A stretch of DNA of 64,000 nucleotides from positions 428 through 64,427 of the forward strand of contig JAITOU010000030.1 in assembly GCA_031289755.1 (NCBI GenBank), read 5' to 3'. The notes under the pieces were generated by a model. The model was not told where the DNA came from. It saw nothing but the letters and a program-made list of their open reading frames with translations, and did no database searches. This stretch comes from Clostridiales bacterium (GTDB taxonomy: Bacteria > Bacillota > Clostridia > Christensenellales > JAISNN01). The position numbers and the translations under genes were made by a program. Positions within the stretch are counted from its first letter, which is position 1; the number at the start of each line of letters is the position of its first letter. Shown here in pieces: positions 1-9,768 of the stretch.

Positions 1-21
1 TTTGCGCTAAAAGGACTTATC

Positions 22-1038
22 CTAACCGTTATCTATAATGACAGACCGATAATTCAAAGGATTTATGCTCATATCCTTGATGACTTCGGGAACGTCGTCA
101 AATTTTATTCTGTGGCTAATCAGCGGTTGGAGTTTTAGAATTTTGTTCGCGAGAAGGTTTACGGCGGAGGATATTTCGTTATAGCCGTTATTGATTCCCG
201 TGAAGGTGAGCTGCTTTTTTAAAATAGGCGTGATGTTGACGTCTATTTTGTCGGCAAAAATATTAAAGCCCATGAGCGCGACGCGTCCTTTTTTGCCGGA
301 GAGTGACAGAGCCGAATAAAAGGGGAGTCTGGCACGCGATTCAAAGACGACGTTCTCAGCCATTTTGCCGCCGGTTATCTCTAAGACACGGTTGATACAA
401 TCGGTATTTGTCGGGTCGATTGCGTAATATATTCCGTTGGATTGACAAATATCCAATAATTCTTTGTTTGTGTCTACGATGATAGGTATACCGTGATAGT
501 ACATCACGAGCTGAGCAAAGATATTACAAAGAGAATTACCGCCGAGTATCGCGACGTATTCGTTTTTGGTTATTCCGAGTACTTCGACGGTTTTGAGCGC
601 CAAAGCGATATGCTCGACAAATACGGCGTCCTCGTCCTCGATACCTTCCGGCATCGGTATGACGTTTTCGACGGGCAAGACGACAAAGTCGCGCAAAAAA
701 CCGTCGCGGTGAACACCCATTATCTCTATATCCGAAAACAACCGTGACTTTTCTTGTTCGGAATGAGTGTGGGCGTTTTTGACTGCGTTATTGATGTACG
801 GCGATATGATTACTTTTTCGCCCTTTTTAAATTCGTCCGATATCGACTCGCTTATGACGCCCATTGCAGCACGGACGGGGATAATAGGATATTCACCGAA
901 ACCGGTGTACAGCGCGCTGTCCGTAGACGTGAGCGCGGCTTTTGTTATCCTGACCTTGACCTGACCCTCTTTGAGCATAGCCGCTTCTCTCTCGATAGGG
1001 CTGAAAATGCTTTTTGAGGTAATTTGCCATCCTTTCAT
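22..1038 (-). CDS. Medium-chain dehydrogenase/reductase (zinc-ADH fold) oxidoreductase; catalytic-zinc ligands appear substituted
   Basis: From ORF 22..1131. I prefer the ATG at 1038 (MKGWQITSK) because GGGAG lies about 9 nt upstream. It has a GroES-like N-domain plus a Rossmann segment. Where Zn-ADHs carry Cys and His, the sequence reads LTSTD and PVRAAMG. Confidence 0.7.
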   Translation of the reverse strand: MKGWQITSKSIFSPIEREAAMLKEGQVKVRITKAALTSTDSALYTGFGEYPIIPVRAAMGVISESISDEFKKGEKVIISPYINNAVKNAHTHSEQEKSRLFSDIEIMGVHRDGFLRDFVVLPVENVIPMPEGIEDEDAVFVEHIALALKTVEVLGITKNEYVAILGGNSLCNIFAQLVMYYHGIPIIVDTNKELLDICQSNGIYYAIDPTNTDCINRVLEITGGKMAENVVFESRARLPFYSALSLSGKKGRVALMGFNIFADKIDVNITPILKKQLTFTGINNGYNEISSAVNLLANKILKLQPLISHRIKFDDVPEVIKDMSINPLNYRSVIIDNG

Positions 1039-1278
1039 TAAAATAATCTCCCAAGCGCATTGACGCGCTTTGTCATGAAAATTCATTGACAATGGCAAGT
1101 ATATCATATTTTTAATAAAATGTAAAGGCAATTATCGATACCGCAAAGCGCGCCGCTTTCGCCTTTAATTAAACGGGATTTTGACCGACCGACGGAAAGC
1201 GTTTGACAATGCCGTTCTTTTTTGTTAAAATATCAATAATCATTAAAAAAACAGTCCCCAAAACCGAATAAAAAACAT

Positions 1279-1366
1279 GGAGAGTTGGCCGAGCGGTTGA
1301 AGGCACCAGTCTTGAAAACTGGCTTAGTGAAAGCTAACTGGGGTTCAAATCCCTAACTCTCCGCCA
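1279..1366 (+). tRNA. tRNA-Ser (anticodon UGA)
   Basis: 88-nt cloverleaf starting GGAGAGTTGGCCGAGCGG. The anticodon loop CTTGAAA is flanked by CCAGT/ACTGG. It has a long variable arm, a T-arm GGTTCAAATCC, and an encoded CCA. Confidence 0.9.
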
Positions 1367-1428
1367 CATGCTACACGGCGTAACTTATATTGTTGCGCCG
1401 TTATTAATAAAAGGAGAACAAAAAATAT

Positions 1429-1755
1429 ATGAGAAATCTTACGATGCACAGAGAAAAAACTATTATTGCGTGCGCCGCAAAAATAAGAATCTTCATCGAA
1501 GACGTAGACGGTAAATTAATTCTTGACGGCGTAAAATGCAAGCAAATCGGAAGCCTAAAAAACGGCAAGACCGACACCTACGCTATTACAAGCGAAAGAG
1601 TAAAGCTCTTTGTAGTTTTTAGCCATGTCGCTCCGCAAAAATATCATGCCGTCTGCTTGTTGGAAGCCGACGTACGAAATCAAAATGTCGAGTTATTCAC
1701 AGCTCCTATGGCAGACGCCTTTGCCGGCAATCCGTTTTATATTTTTACAAAATAA
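1429..1755 (+). CDS. Hypothetical protein (108 aa)
   Basis: ORF with GGAG upstream of the ATG. AT-rich, with no motif I recognise. Confidence 0.5.
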   Translation: MRNLTMHREKTIIACAAKIRIFIEDVDGKLILDGVKCKQIGSLKNGKTDTYAITSERVKLFVVFSHVAPQKYHAVCLLEADVRNQNVELFTAPMADAFAGNPFYIFTK

Positions 1756-1802
1756 AGTAAAGCGCGCTTGTTTTATTTCTAAATTTATGTTAGGGTGGTG
1801 TT

Positions 1803-2408
1803 ATGGGAGATACAAAAATACAATCGAGAGAATACAAAATCGAATTGCAAGACCTTCACGCAAAATTTGTCGAAGGCATAACTTTTTGTTTTCTTGACGG
1901 TGATACCGTTTATTTCAACAAGGAAAATATTAAAGAAATCGCCCTTATTTATGATGACAAATTGAGTGTGTCATATAAAGAATTTGTAATTTTAAGGCAA
2001 ATAATCGGCGGGCAAATTAGAATTAAAGTACCCAAATTAACGATTGCCGAGATACACGGCAAAGTGCGGATTGACGGCTATGCGGTAAAATGGCTAAATG
2101 AGCAAAACGCCGATAAAACAAAGGAGATTATAGAGAAAAGGTTTTCAGGCTTTTGCGATATTGAATATATTGACGTTGAGCATTATATTGACGGCGAAGT
2201 TGAAAAAACTCTTGTTGCCTATAATGAAACGCGGCAATATGCAAAAGGTTTTGGATATGAAGATTTTGGTAAGGCGTGGTATATAACGAAATGTTCTTTT
2301 GGCGAGATTAACAAAGACGGCGACCTTATAATTCAATTTGGGGTGCCGACGCCGAATAATTTCACAAAGAAACAAATGGACGATGGAAAATATGAAAACA
2401 CAATATAA
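1803..2408 (+). CDS. Hypothetical protein (201 aa)
   Basis: ORF directly downstream of the previous one, with GGGTGG upstream of the ATG. No recognisable motif. Confidence 0.55.
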   Translation: MGDTKIQSREYKIELQDLHAKFVEGITFCFLDGDTVYFNKENIKEIALIYDDKLSVSYKEFVILRQIIGGQIRIKVPKLTIAEIHGKVRIDGYAVKWLNEQNADKTKEIIEKRFSGFCDIEYIDVEHYIDGEVEKTLVAYNETRQYAKGFGYEDFGKAWYITKCSFGEINKDGDLIIQFGVPTPNNFTKKQMDDGKYENTI

Positions 2409-2730
2409 CTTTGAGAATATAAAAAATTTCGTTGCAAGATATTTTAACAACGAAATTTCTATTAATGAGTCAAGCGATATGGCGTATAAAGAAATGAAAG
2501 CGATAGGCGATAGGCGATAGTAATGACGATAGCACCGAAGCACCCAAAACGCCGAAACAAGCATTAGAACAAATCAATTGGATATTAGACGGAATAGCTT
2601 TTTGGAGCGGTTATAATGAGAAACGCAGAATATATTTAGCGCGGCTGAAAAAAGTCGGAGCGATTTGGAAAAATTGCATTCGCAATACATTGAGCTTTGC
2701 AAATAATAAGCACAAAAAGAGAGAAAGATT

Positions 2731-4842
2731 ATGTCAAAAGCGAACACATCAAAAGCAAACAAGTCGGAAGATAACAGGTCAAAATCAAAGATTAAGATTT
2801 TGGTTGCGTGTATTTTGGCGTTGGTGCTGATTTTGAGTGCAGGGCTTGTAACATGGTCGGTATTGAACAAAAATCATACGGTCGTATTTTATGTCGCGAC
2901 GAACGGAGACGACGGCAATTCCGGCAGGAAAAATTCTCCGCTCAGGACTTTGGCGGCGGCTAACGCCAAGATAGAAGACGGCGCAAAGTATGAGATAATC
3001 TTTCGCGGCGGCGAGTATAGCTTCGCCGAAACTGCGGATATGCAGGGCGTGAATAATGTCGTATATACAAGCTACGGCGATGAGAGCGTGGTTTTTTCGG
3101 GCGGCGAGACGTATACGGGTTTTGAACGAATCGGTGCGGATATGTATAGAATCGATATCGGAACGGGGCATAGCTTCCGCCAAATTTATGTGGACGGAAC
3201 AAAAGGCATTCGCGCCAGAGAACCGAACGTCGGCGAATACAAGATGATAACGCAGGAGCGTGTTGACGTCGTAAATACCATGCTGTCGCACGTCGCGTAT
3301 TATCCGATTGACACAAGCGGCATTGCCGATTTTAAAGAATACCAAACGGAAGTCGTATTCCTGACCGCTTGGAGCAACAAAAGATTTCGCATAAAATCTA
3401 TCGAACCGGGCAAAGCCTTTATCGGGACACCGGAAATCGAACCTATTCAAGGTATGCAATCGGACATTGTCGGTCTGACGGACGGCGGACATAGATATTG
3501 GCTGGAAAATTCGCGTGGCTTTATCGATGCTGCGAACGAATGGTTTTATGACACGGACGACGGCTTTTTGTATTACAAGTCGGAAGGCGGACAAGTCCCC
3601 GGCAGCGTCGTCATTCCCGTGACCGATAAGCTTATCAATATGGATTATTGCAGCAATATTACCATATCGGGGATTACCTTTGCTTACACAAATTGGGACA
3701 GACCGAACAAATACGGGCATGTGGATACCGCGCAAAATATGCTTTATACAAAGGATTATGCCGCAACCGTAACGGATTATGACGACGAGTTTAGAGGTCA
3801 ATATAGAGATTTCGTAACCGGTGCGGTGGAGTTTTCTTATACGGATAACATTGTCATATCGGATTGCGTATTTACAAATCTCGGTGGTATCGGCATTCGC
3901 GCCGTTGTCGGCGGCAGCGGAATTACGTTGCAAGGCAACGAGTTTTACAATATCGCCGCATCGGCTATCCAAATCGGCGAAAATATTTGGAATGCCGACA
4001 ATACGGCAAAGTATCACAAAAATATCCTTATCGATAACAATTATATCGATAACATTTCCACCGAATACGCCAGCGGTCCGGGCATTTGCGTCTTCTTCTT
4101 TGACGGTTTGGTCATTTCGCACAACACGCTTACAAATCTGCCGTATATCGGGATAAGCGTGGGGCTGGGGGCAACGGAAAATCTGGCTATCGACGAAGCG
4201 AACGGCTACCGAATACAGCGGAACTGCCGTATCGAATACAACTATATCGAGAATGTGATGAGTACGCTGCACGACGGGGGATTGATTTATGTCAGTAACC
4301 CGTTCGGCGGTGAGAATTATATACGCGGAAACTATATCGTCGGCAATTTTGTGACGCGAAAGGAAGACATAGCAAGCGGCGTTCAAGTCGCAAGGGCAAG
4401 GGGTATCGGGATTTATCACGACGGCTGCAACGGCGGTACGGCAACGAATTTTATTGACGAAAACAATTACATCAAGGATTCCGAACAGCCGTTTTATTTC
4501 CAAAAACTCGAAGAACACGGACAGGTCGCAAAAAATATTACCGTCCGAAATAATTATCTCGATGCGGTATCTATGAATACCGTTCTGCCGACCATAAGGT
4601 GGCTTACCGGCTTTGACGCACGGAACATTCGCATCGAAGGCTTGTTTTTTATCCTTGTCTACCAAAACCGAATCCAACGGGGCGACCTTTATGCAGGTAT
4701 AGACCCCAAGCATTATTGGGCAGACGCTGACGGAACGGTCTATATCAACCCCGATGTGCATTGGGAAACCGAAGAATCGCGTCTTGCGATTTTGGCAACC
4801 GGCAATACCATTATAGCCGCCGCAGGGGCAAAAAAAGGGTAA
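2731..4842 (+). CDS. Membrane-anchored right-handed parallel beta-helix (pectate-lyase fold) repeat protein
   Basis: Lys-rich N-tail followed by a TM helix (ILVACILALVLILSAGLVTW). Repeated beta-helix coils are visible (NIVISDCVFTNLGGIGIRA, GITLQGNEFYNIAASAIQIG, NILIDNNYIDNIS, LVISHNTLTNLPYIGISVG). Confidence 0.8.
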   Translation: MSKANTSKANKSEDNRSKSKIKILVACILALVLILSAGLVTWSVLNKNHTVVFYVATNGDDGNSGRKNSPLRTLAAANAKIEDGAKYEIIFRGGEYSFAETADMQGVNNVVYTSYGDESVVFSGGETYTGFERIGADMYRIDIGTGHSFRQIYVDGTKGIRAREPNVGEYKMITQERVDVVNTMLSHVAYYPIDTSGIADFKEYQTEVVFLTAWSNKRFRIKSIEPGKAFIGTPEIEPIQGMQSDIVGLTDGGHRYWLENSRGFIDAANEWFYDTDDGFLYYKSEGGQVPGSVVIPVTDKLINMDYCSNITISGITFAYTNWDRPNKYGHVDTAQNMLYTKDYAATVTDYDDEFRGQYRDFVTGAVEFSYTDNIVISDCVFTNLGGIGIRAVVGGSGITLQGNEFYNIAASAIQIGENIWNADNTAKYHKNILIDNNYIDNISTEYASGPGICVFFFDGLVISHNTLTNLPYIGISVGLGATENLAIDEANGYRIQRNCRIEYNYIENVMSTLHDGGLIYVSNPFGGENYIRGNYIVGNFVTRKEDIASGVQVARARGIGIYHDGCNGGTATNFIDENNYIKDSEQPFYFQKLEEHGQVAKNITVRNNYLDAVSMNTVLPTIRWLTGFDARNIRIEGLFFILVYQNRIQRGDLYAGIDPKHYWADADGTVYINPDVHWETEESRLAILATGNTIIAAAGAKKG

Positions 4843-4941
4843 AAACAGGCATAAATTGTTTTTTTAGTATTGACATAAATAAAGCTTTTGTGATATTATA
4901 GTTACAGTGCATTTTGTGACTGCATCTTTTGGTACTGATAA

Positions 4942-7900
4942 ATGAGTAGGAAATTTATGAAATTATCATTTAAACGCATATGCGTAATGCTGCTAACGGC
5001 AATAATGTTTACAAGCTTTTTCGGGCTATCCTTATTTTCGGTCAAGGGGCTAAATAAGCCATATTTGAGAGCGGAGGCGTTCGATGCTTTTTCGGAAGAT
5101 GTAACCGACATTATCCGCGGGTATGATGCCGGCGCACCCGAACGCTATCAATTCGATATAAAAAGCGACCTTTACATACAAAACGATACCTATATGATTC
5201 CGACCGACATTTTTACTCAAAAGACCGGTTCGGAGATTTTGTTTAATGCCGACGAGATGACGCTTACCGGTAATCTTCGCACGCTTGAAATGCGTGTAAA
5301 CGACGATATGATTTTTGCGGATAACGGTGACATTGTCGTTTTAGAGCGTCGTATCCTTAGAATAAACGGCGGCGTGTATTTGCCGCTTATCGACATATCA
5401 GAAACGCTCGGTTATTCGGTTACAAGCACCGAGACTTCCGTTACGCTCTCTGATTTGTTCCAAACAAAAAGACTGATTGTAAAATCCGCCCAAAAGGACA
5501 TAGACACACAGGGGGCGGTAGCCGTTGCCGAAGGTTACGACGACCTTCATATATTCCAATACGATACCGAAAAGCAAGCGGTAGAAGCTTGCGAATATTA
5601 TGAAGCATTGTCATACGTCGTATGGGCGGAGCCGGACTTGATATATACTACACAGGATTTGGAAGAAGTCCCGATGACAACAAATGCCGTTCCGTCGGGA
5701 TATTTGTCTTGGGGTGCGGCTAATATGAACGTTCCCGATTATGCCGATTTTTTATCGAGATTTGTAGGTCAGGCAAATCTGCGCGAAGTCGTTATTGCCG
5801 TACTCGATACGGGCATCGACAGCGACCACGAATTGTTTGACGGACGCATTGCAGACGGGGGCAAAAACTTTTCGAGTCAAACGGGAACAAGCTTCCAGGA
5901 CGTCAGAGGACACGGTACTCACGTTTCGGGTATAATTGTAAATTTAAGTTATGCGAACGTTAAGGTTTTGCCGATAAAGGTCATGAACGACAACGGTGAA
6001 GGAACGTCTACGTCAATCATACAAGGCGTAAACTATGTAATCAATTTGAAAGAGCAAGGCGTAAATATTTATGCCATGAATATGAGCTTTGGCGGCACAG
6101 GAAGCTCGGCTGTGTATTCAAGCACGATTGACAATGCGGAGGCAAGCGGTATCTCTTCTATTGTTGCGGCAGGGAATAATGACATAGATGCCGAAAGCTT
6201 CGCGCCTGCGAACGTTCCAGCCGTAATCACGGTGGCGGCGAGCGATTCAAATAACAGCCGCGCCGACTTTTCAAATTGGGGTTCTACCGTCGATATAGCC
6301 GCACCCGGAGTAGATATACAAAGTGCGAAAGTAGGCGGCGGATACATTAATTACAGCGGAACGTCTATGGCTGCCCCCCACGTCGCCGCCGCAGTAGCGT
6401 TGATATATTCAAACCCTAACAGAAATTTGACGCCGGAAGAACTCAAAACTCTGCTTTACGATGCGGTAACCGTACTTGGTTCATCTACGGGTAATCGATA
6501 TTTCGGACGCGGGCTTGTCAATTTATCCGCAATTATAGATGAATCCTTGTCCGATGTGGTATTCAGCAAAACGACCGCCGAATTTTCTTCGCTTTTTAAT
6601 CTGAGTTTAAGCTGTGTGGGGGCGACCGAAATTCGGTATACGCTTGACGGGACAGAGCCGGATATAAACAGCGCCGAGTATACGGCGCAAATTCCGATTT
6701 CTGTAAGGACTACGGTAAAAGCCATTGCCTATCTTATCGAAAACGGAAGCGTCACACAAACAAGCAACGTCGGAACAATGACATATTATCCGGTCAATTC
6801 GGTCGTACTCGTTACCTTTGATTATAACGGCGGTTCGGGAAACGAAGCAAAACGTTCTGTGGACAAAAATACTGCCATCGGCACGCTGCCGACGCCTAAC
6901 GTTCGGTGGGGAAGTACCTTTATAGGTTGGTACACCGAACAATTCGGCGGCACGAAAATAGAGGCAAGCGAAATAATAACAAACGACAAAACCTTTTATG
7001 CTCAATATACTACATTGGCGAATTGTTATGTTACTATTCATACTGATGTCGGTTCACAGATAATACGAAGCATTAAATCCGGCTCTGCGCTGGGGGGATT
7101 ACTAACAACTCCTACAAAGGCGGGATATACCTTCTTGGGTTGGTTCACGGCGCAATCGGGCGGCACGGAAGTAACGGCAAATACGATAATCTATTTGTCA
7201 CTTGATATTTGGGCGCAGTGGCAGGACGTCAATATTTATTGGACCGTGACCTTCAACTATAACGGCGGCAACGGCGCGGAAGCCGAGCGTTATGTCGATA
7301 AGGGTACGTCGATTAGAACATTGCCTATTCCTTATGAAAGAGCGAATTATGCCTTTGCCGGCTGGTTCACCGCACAATTGGGCGGCACGGCTATAACGGC
7401 AAGCACGATAATTAATGCGAACACAACTTACTATGCACATTGGACGGAAAAGTATTTGGTGACCTTCGACTATAACGGCGGTTCGGGGAGCGAAGTATCC
7501 CGTTGGGTAAACGGTAATACCGCCGTCGGGATATTACCGACGCCGAACGCACGCGACGGTTATGCCTTTGACGGTTGGTTCACCGCACAATCGGGCGGCA
7601 CGGCTATAACGGTAAGCACGGTAATTAATGCAAGCACAACATACTATGCGCATTGGACGGAAAAGTATTTGGTGACCTTTAATTATAACGGCGGGTCGGG
7701 GAGTGACACCGCTCGCTGGGTCAACAAGAATACCGCCGTCGGGATATTACCGACGCCGGACGCACGCATCGGCTATGCCTTTGACGGTTGGTTCACCGCA
7801 CAATCGGGCGGTACGGCTATAACGGAAAACACAGTAATTAATGCAAGCACAACATACTATGCACATTGGACGGAAAAGTATTTGGTGACCTTCGATTATA

Positions 7901-9573
7901 ACGGCGGTTCGGGAAGCGAAGCATTTCGTTGGGTAAACGATAATACTGCCGTCGGGGAATTGCCGACGCCGAACGTACGCGACGGGTATGTCTTTAACGG
8001 CTGGTTCACCGCGCAATCGGGCGGTACGGCTATAACGGGAAGCACGGTAATTAATGCAACCGCAACATACTATGCGCATTGGACGGAAAACATTCGGTAT
8101 TTGGTGACCTTCGATTATAACGGCGGTTCGGGGAGCGAAGCATTTCGTTGGGTAAACGATAATACTGCCGTCGGGGGATTGCCGACGCCGAACGCACGCG
8201 ACGGGTACACCTTTAACGGCTGGTTCACCGCGCAATCGGGCGGCACGGCTATAACGGCATATACGGTAATTAAAGCAACCGCAACATACTATGCGCATTG
8301 GACGGAGAACATTCGGTATTTGGTGACCTTCGACTATAACGGCGGCTCGGGGAGCGAAGCATTTCGTTGGGTAAACGATAATGCTGCCGTCGGGGGATTG
8401 CCGACACCGAACGCACGCGACGGATACACCTTTAACGGCTGGTTCACCGCGCAATCGGGCGGCACGGCTATAACGGTAAGCACGGTAATTAAAGCAACCG
8501 CAACATACTATGCACATTGGATGGAAAACATTCGGTATTTGGTGACCTTCGACTACAACGGCAGTTCGGGAAGCGAAGCATTTCGTTGGGTAAACGATAA
8601 TACTGCCGTCGGGGGATTGCCGACGCCGAACGCACGCGATGAGTATACTTTTAACGGCTGGTTTACCGAACAATCGGGCGGCGCGGCTATAACGGTAAGC
8701 ACGGTAATTAAAGCCAACGCAACATACTATGCGCATTGGGCGGAGAAGATTCGGTATTTGGTGACCTTTGACTATAACGGCGGTTCGGGAAGCGAGCTTA
8801 CCCGTTCGGTAAACGATAATACTGCCGTCGGGGGATTACCGACAACAGGCGTACGCGACGGTTATGTCTTTAACGGCTGGTGGACATCGATGTCGGGCGG
8901 AACGCAAGTGACGACAGCAACAATCATTACTGCAAAAGTAACCTTTTATGGGCATTGGACGGCTTTGTCGTATACGATTACGTTTGATTCCAGCGGCGGC
9001 AGTACGGTGCTGCCGATAACGGCGGAGTACGGTGCAACTATAATGCCGCCACTTATCCCCGAAAAGCCGGACTTTATCTTTGGCGGATGGTATACCGATA
9101 ACGGAACATTTGACAATCTGTATAATTTTACTACTATGCCCCTTAACGGAATCAACTTGTATGCAAGGTGGGTCGGCACTTTTACCGTTACGCCATCGGT
9201 CGGCGACGGCTATTCGGTAGAGTTTGACGGCGACGCGGTGACGACGGTTTTTGAAGGGGAAATCATAAGATTCAAAATCGCAATAGCGAGCGAATACAGC
9301 GGAGCGAATATGGTCGTCAAAAACGGCTCGACTATCATTAAAGCACATACGGACGGTTGGTATATTATCGATTCGATTGACTCCGATGTAAATATCACCG
9401 TAACGGGGGTTGTCAAGCCTAATACGTCTGACAATTTGCCGCCTGACGACGGTTTGCCGTCTGGCGACGGTTTGCCGTCGACCGATACTTTGTTATTGGC
9501 CGCATCGGCGGTAGGCGGTATTTTTATCGTCAGCGGAAGTGTCTTTGTATTTATAAGAAGAAAAAAATGGTAA
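4942..9573 (+). CDS. Cell-surface subtilisin-family (S8) serine peptidase with 11 tandem Listeria-Bacteroides-type repeat domains
   Basis: Signal/TM segment, copper-amine-oxidase-N-like stalk, and a propeptide-like segment. S8 triad motifs are VLDTGID (Asp), HGTHVSG (His) and GTSMAAPHVA (Ser). A Fn3-associated segment (IRYTLDGTEPD) follows, then 11 copies of VTFDYNGG...G(Y/F)xFxGW(F/Y)T...YYAHW. The C-terminus reads LPSTD, then a hydrophobic helix, then RRKKW. Confidence 0.9.
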   Translation: MSRKFMKLSFKRICVMLLTAIMFTSFFGLSLFSVKGLNKPYLRAEAFDAFSEDVTDIIRGYDAGAPERYQFDIKSDLYIQNDTYMIPTDIFTQKTGSEILFNADEMTLTGNLRTLEMRVNDDMIFADNGDIVVLERRILRINGGVYLPLIDISETLGYSVTSTETSVTLSDLFQTKRLIVKSAQKDIDTQGAVAVAEGYDDLHIFQYDTEKQAVEACEYYEALSYVVWAEPDLIYTTQDLEEVPMTTNAVPSGYLSWGAANMNVPDYADFLSRFVGQANLREVVIAVLDTGIDSDHELFDGRIADGGKNFSSQTGTSFQDVRGHGTHVSGIIVNLSYANVKVLPIKVMNDNGEGTSTSIIQGVNYVINLKEQGVNIYAMNMSFGGTGSSAVYSSTIDNAEASGISSIVAAGNNDIDAESFAPANVPAVITVAASDSNNSRADFSNWGSTVDIAAPGVDIQSAKVGGGYINYSGTSMAAPHVAAAVALIYSNPNRNLTPEELKTLLYDAVTVLGSSTGNRYFGRGLVNLSAIIDESLSDVVFSKTTAEFSSLFNLSLSCVGATEIRYTLDGTEPDINSAEYTAQIPISVRTTVKAIAYLIENGSVTQTSNVGTMTYYPVNSVVLVTFDYNGGSGNEAKRSVDKNTAIGTLPTPNVRWGSTFIGWYTEQFGGTKIEASEIITNDKTFYAQYTTLANCYVTIHTDVGSQIIRSIKSGSALGGLLTTPTKAGYTFLGWFTAQSGGTEVTANTIIYLSLDIWAQWQDVNIYWTVTFNYNGGNGAEAERYVDKGTSIRTLPIPYERANYAFAGWFTAQLGGTAITASTIINANTTYYAHWTEKYLVTFDYNGGSGSEVSRWVNGNTAVGILPTPNARDGYAFDGWFTAQSGGTAITVSTVINASTTYYAHWTEKYLVTFNYNGGSGSDTARWVNKNTAVGILPTPDARIGYAFDGWFTAQSGGTAITENTVINASTTYYAHWTEKYLVTFDYNGGSGSEAFRWVNDNTAVGELPTPNVRDGYVFNGWFTAQSGGTAITGSTVINATATYYAHWTENIRYLVTFDYNGGSGSEAFRWVNDNTAVGGLPTPNARDGYTFNGWFTAQSGGTAITAYTVIKATATYYAHWTENIRYLVTFDYNGGSGSEAFRWVNDNAAVGGLPTPNARDGYTFNGWFTAQSGGTAITVSTVIKATATYYAHWMENIRYLVTFDYNGSSGSEAFRWVNDNTAVGGLPTPNARDEYTFNGWFTEQSGGAAITVSTVIKANATYYAHWAEKIRYLVTFDYNGGSGSELTRSVNDNTAVGGLPTTGVRDGYVFNGWWTSMSGGTQVTTATIITAKVTFYGHWTALSYTITFDSSGGSTVLPITAEYGATIMPPLIPEKPDFIFGGWYTDNGTFDNLYNFTTMPLNGINLYARWVGTFTVTPSVGDGYSVEFDGDAVTTVFEGEIIRFKIAIASEYSGANMVVKNGSTIIKAHTDGWYIIDSIDSDVNITVTGVVKPNTSDNLPPDDGLPSGDGLPSTDTLLLAASAVGGIFIVSGSVFVFIRRKKW
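7441..8760 (+). repeat. In-frame tandem DNA repeats (3 x 213 bp, then 3 x 219 bp plus flanking diverged copies) inside the S8 peptidase gene
   Basis: The unit marker TGGACGGA(A/G)AA recurs at 7441, 7654, 7867, 8080, 8299 and 8518, with a diverged TGGGCGGAGAA at 8737. Neighbouring units are nearly identical at the DNA level. Confidence 0.9.
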
Positions 9574-9620
9574 GCTTCGATAGTGAATTTGACGGTTTTG
9601 AATTTTTAAAAACAAAAAAA

Positions 9621-9650
9621 CGGCGAGCATTTTGCTTTGCCGTTTTGTGT
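9621..9650 (+). terminator. Probable intrinsic terminator after the S8 peptidase gene
   Basis: Hairpin ACGGCGAGC/GCTTTGCCGT (with G-U pairs) followed by TTTTG. Confidence 0.45.
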
Positions 9651-9665
9651 TGTCCGTATATTTAT

Positions 9666-9763
9666 TAGATTAATCCTATAACCCTATACGTCGACATATT
9701 TAAGCGTCTTTTGCCAAAAATCCGCTAAAATTTGCTCGGCGTTTAGGTTATAGGATTAATCTA
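9666..9763. repeat. 98-bp element bounded by perfect 18-bp inverted repeats
   Basis: TAGATTAATCCTATAACC (9666-9683) and GGTTATAGGATTAATCTA (9746-9763). It lies between two convergent genes. Confidence 0.8.
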
Positions 9764-9768
9764 TTTAT

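Noticed and set aside
2383-2520. 45-aa ORF (MENMKTQYNF...) overlapping the end of the 201-aa gene.
   Set aside because: It is short with a weak RBS and no recognisable features. It is kept only as a possibility and not annotated.
2785-4761. 658-aa ORF on the minus strand.
   Set aside because: It is entirely antisense to the beta-helix protein gene, whose product has clear repeat motifs, a TM anchor and an RBS. The antisense product is Arg/Ile-rich low-complexity sequence with no motifs.
7747-8736. 329-aa minus-strand ORF with its own internal repeats.
   Set aside because: It is a mirror image of the in-frame tandem repeats of the S8 peptidase gene. The repeat structure keeps the antisense frame open by chance.
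7441-8760. Regularly spaced repeats considered as a CRISPR array.
   Set aside because: The units are 213/219 bp and contiguous, with no unique spacers. They are in frame within a recognisable protein-domain repeat.
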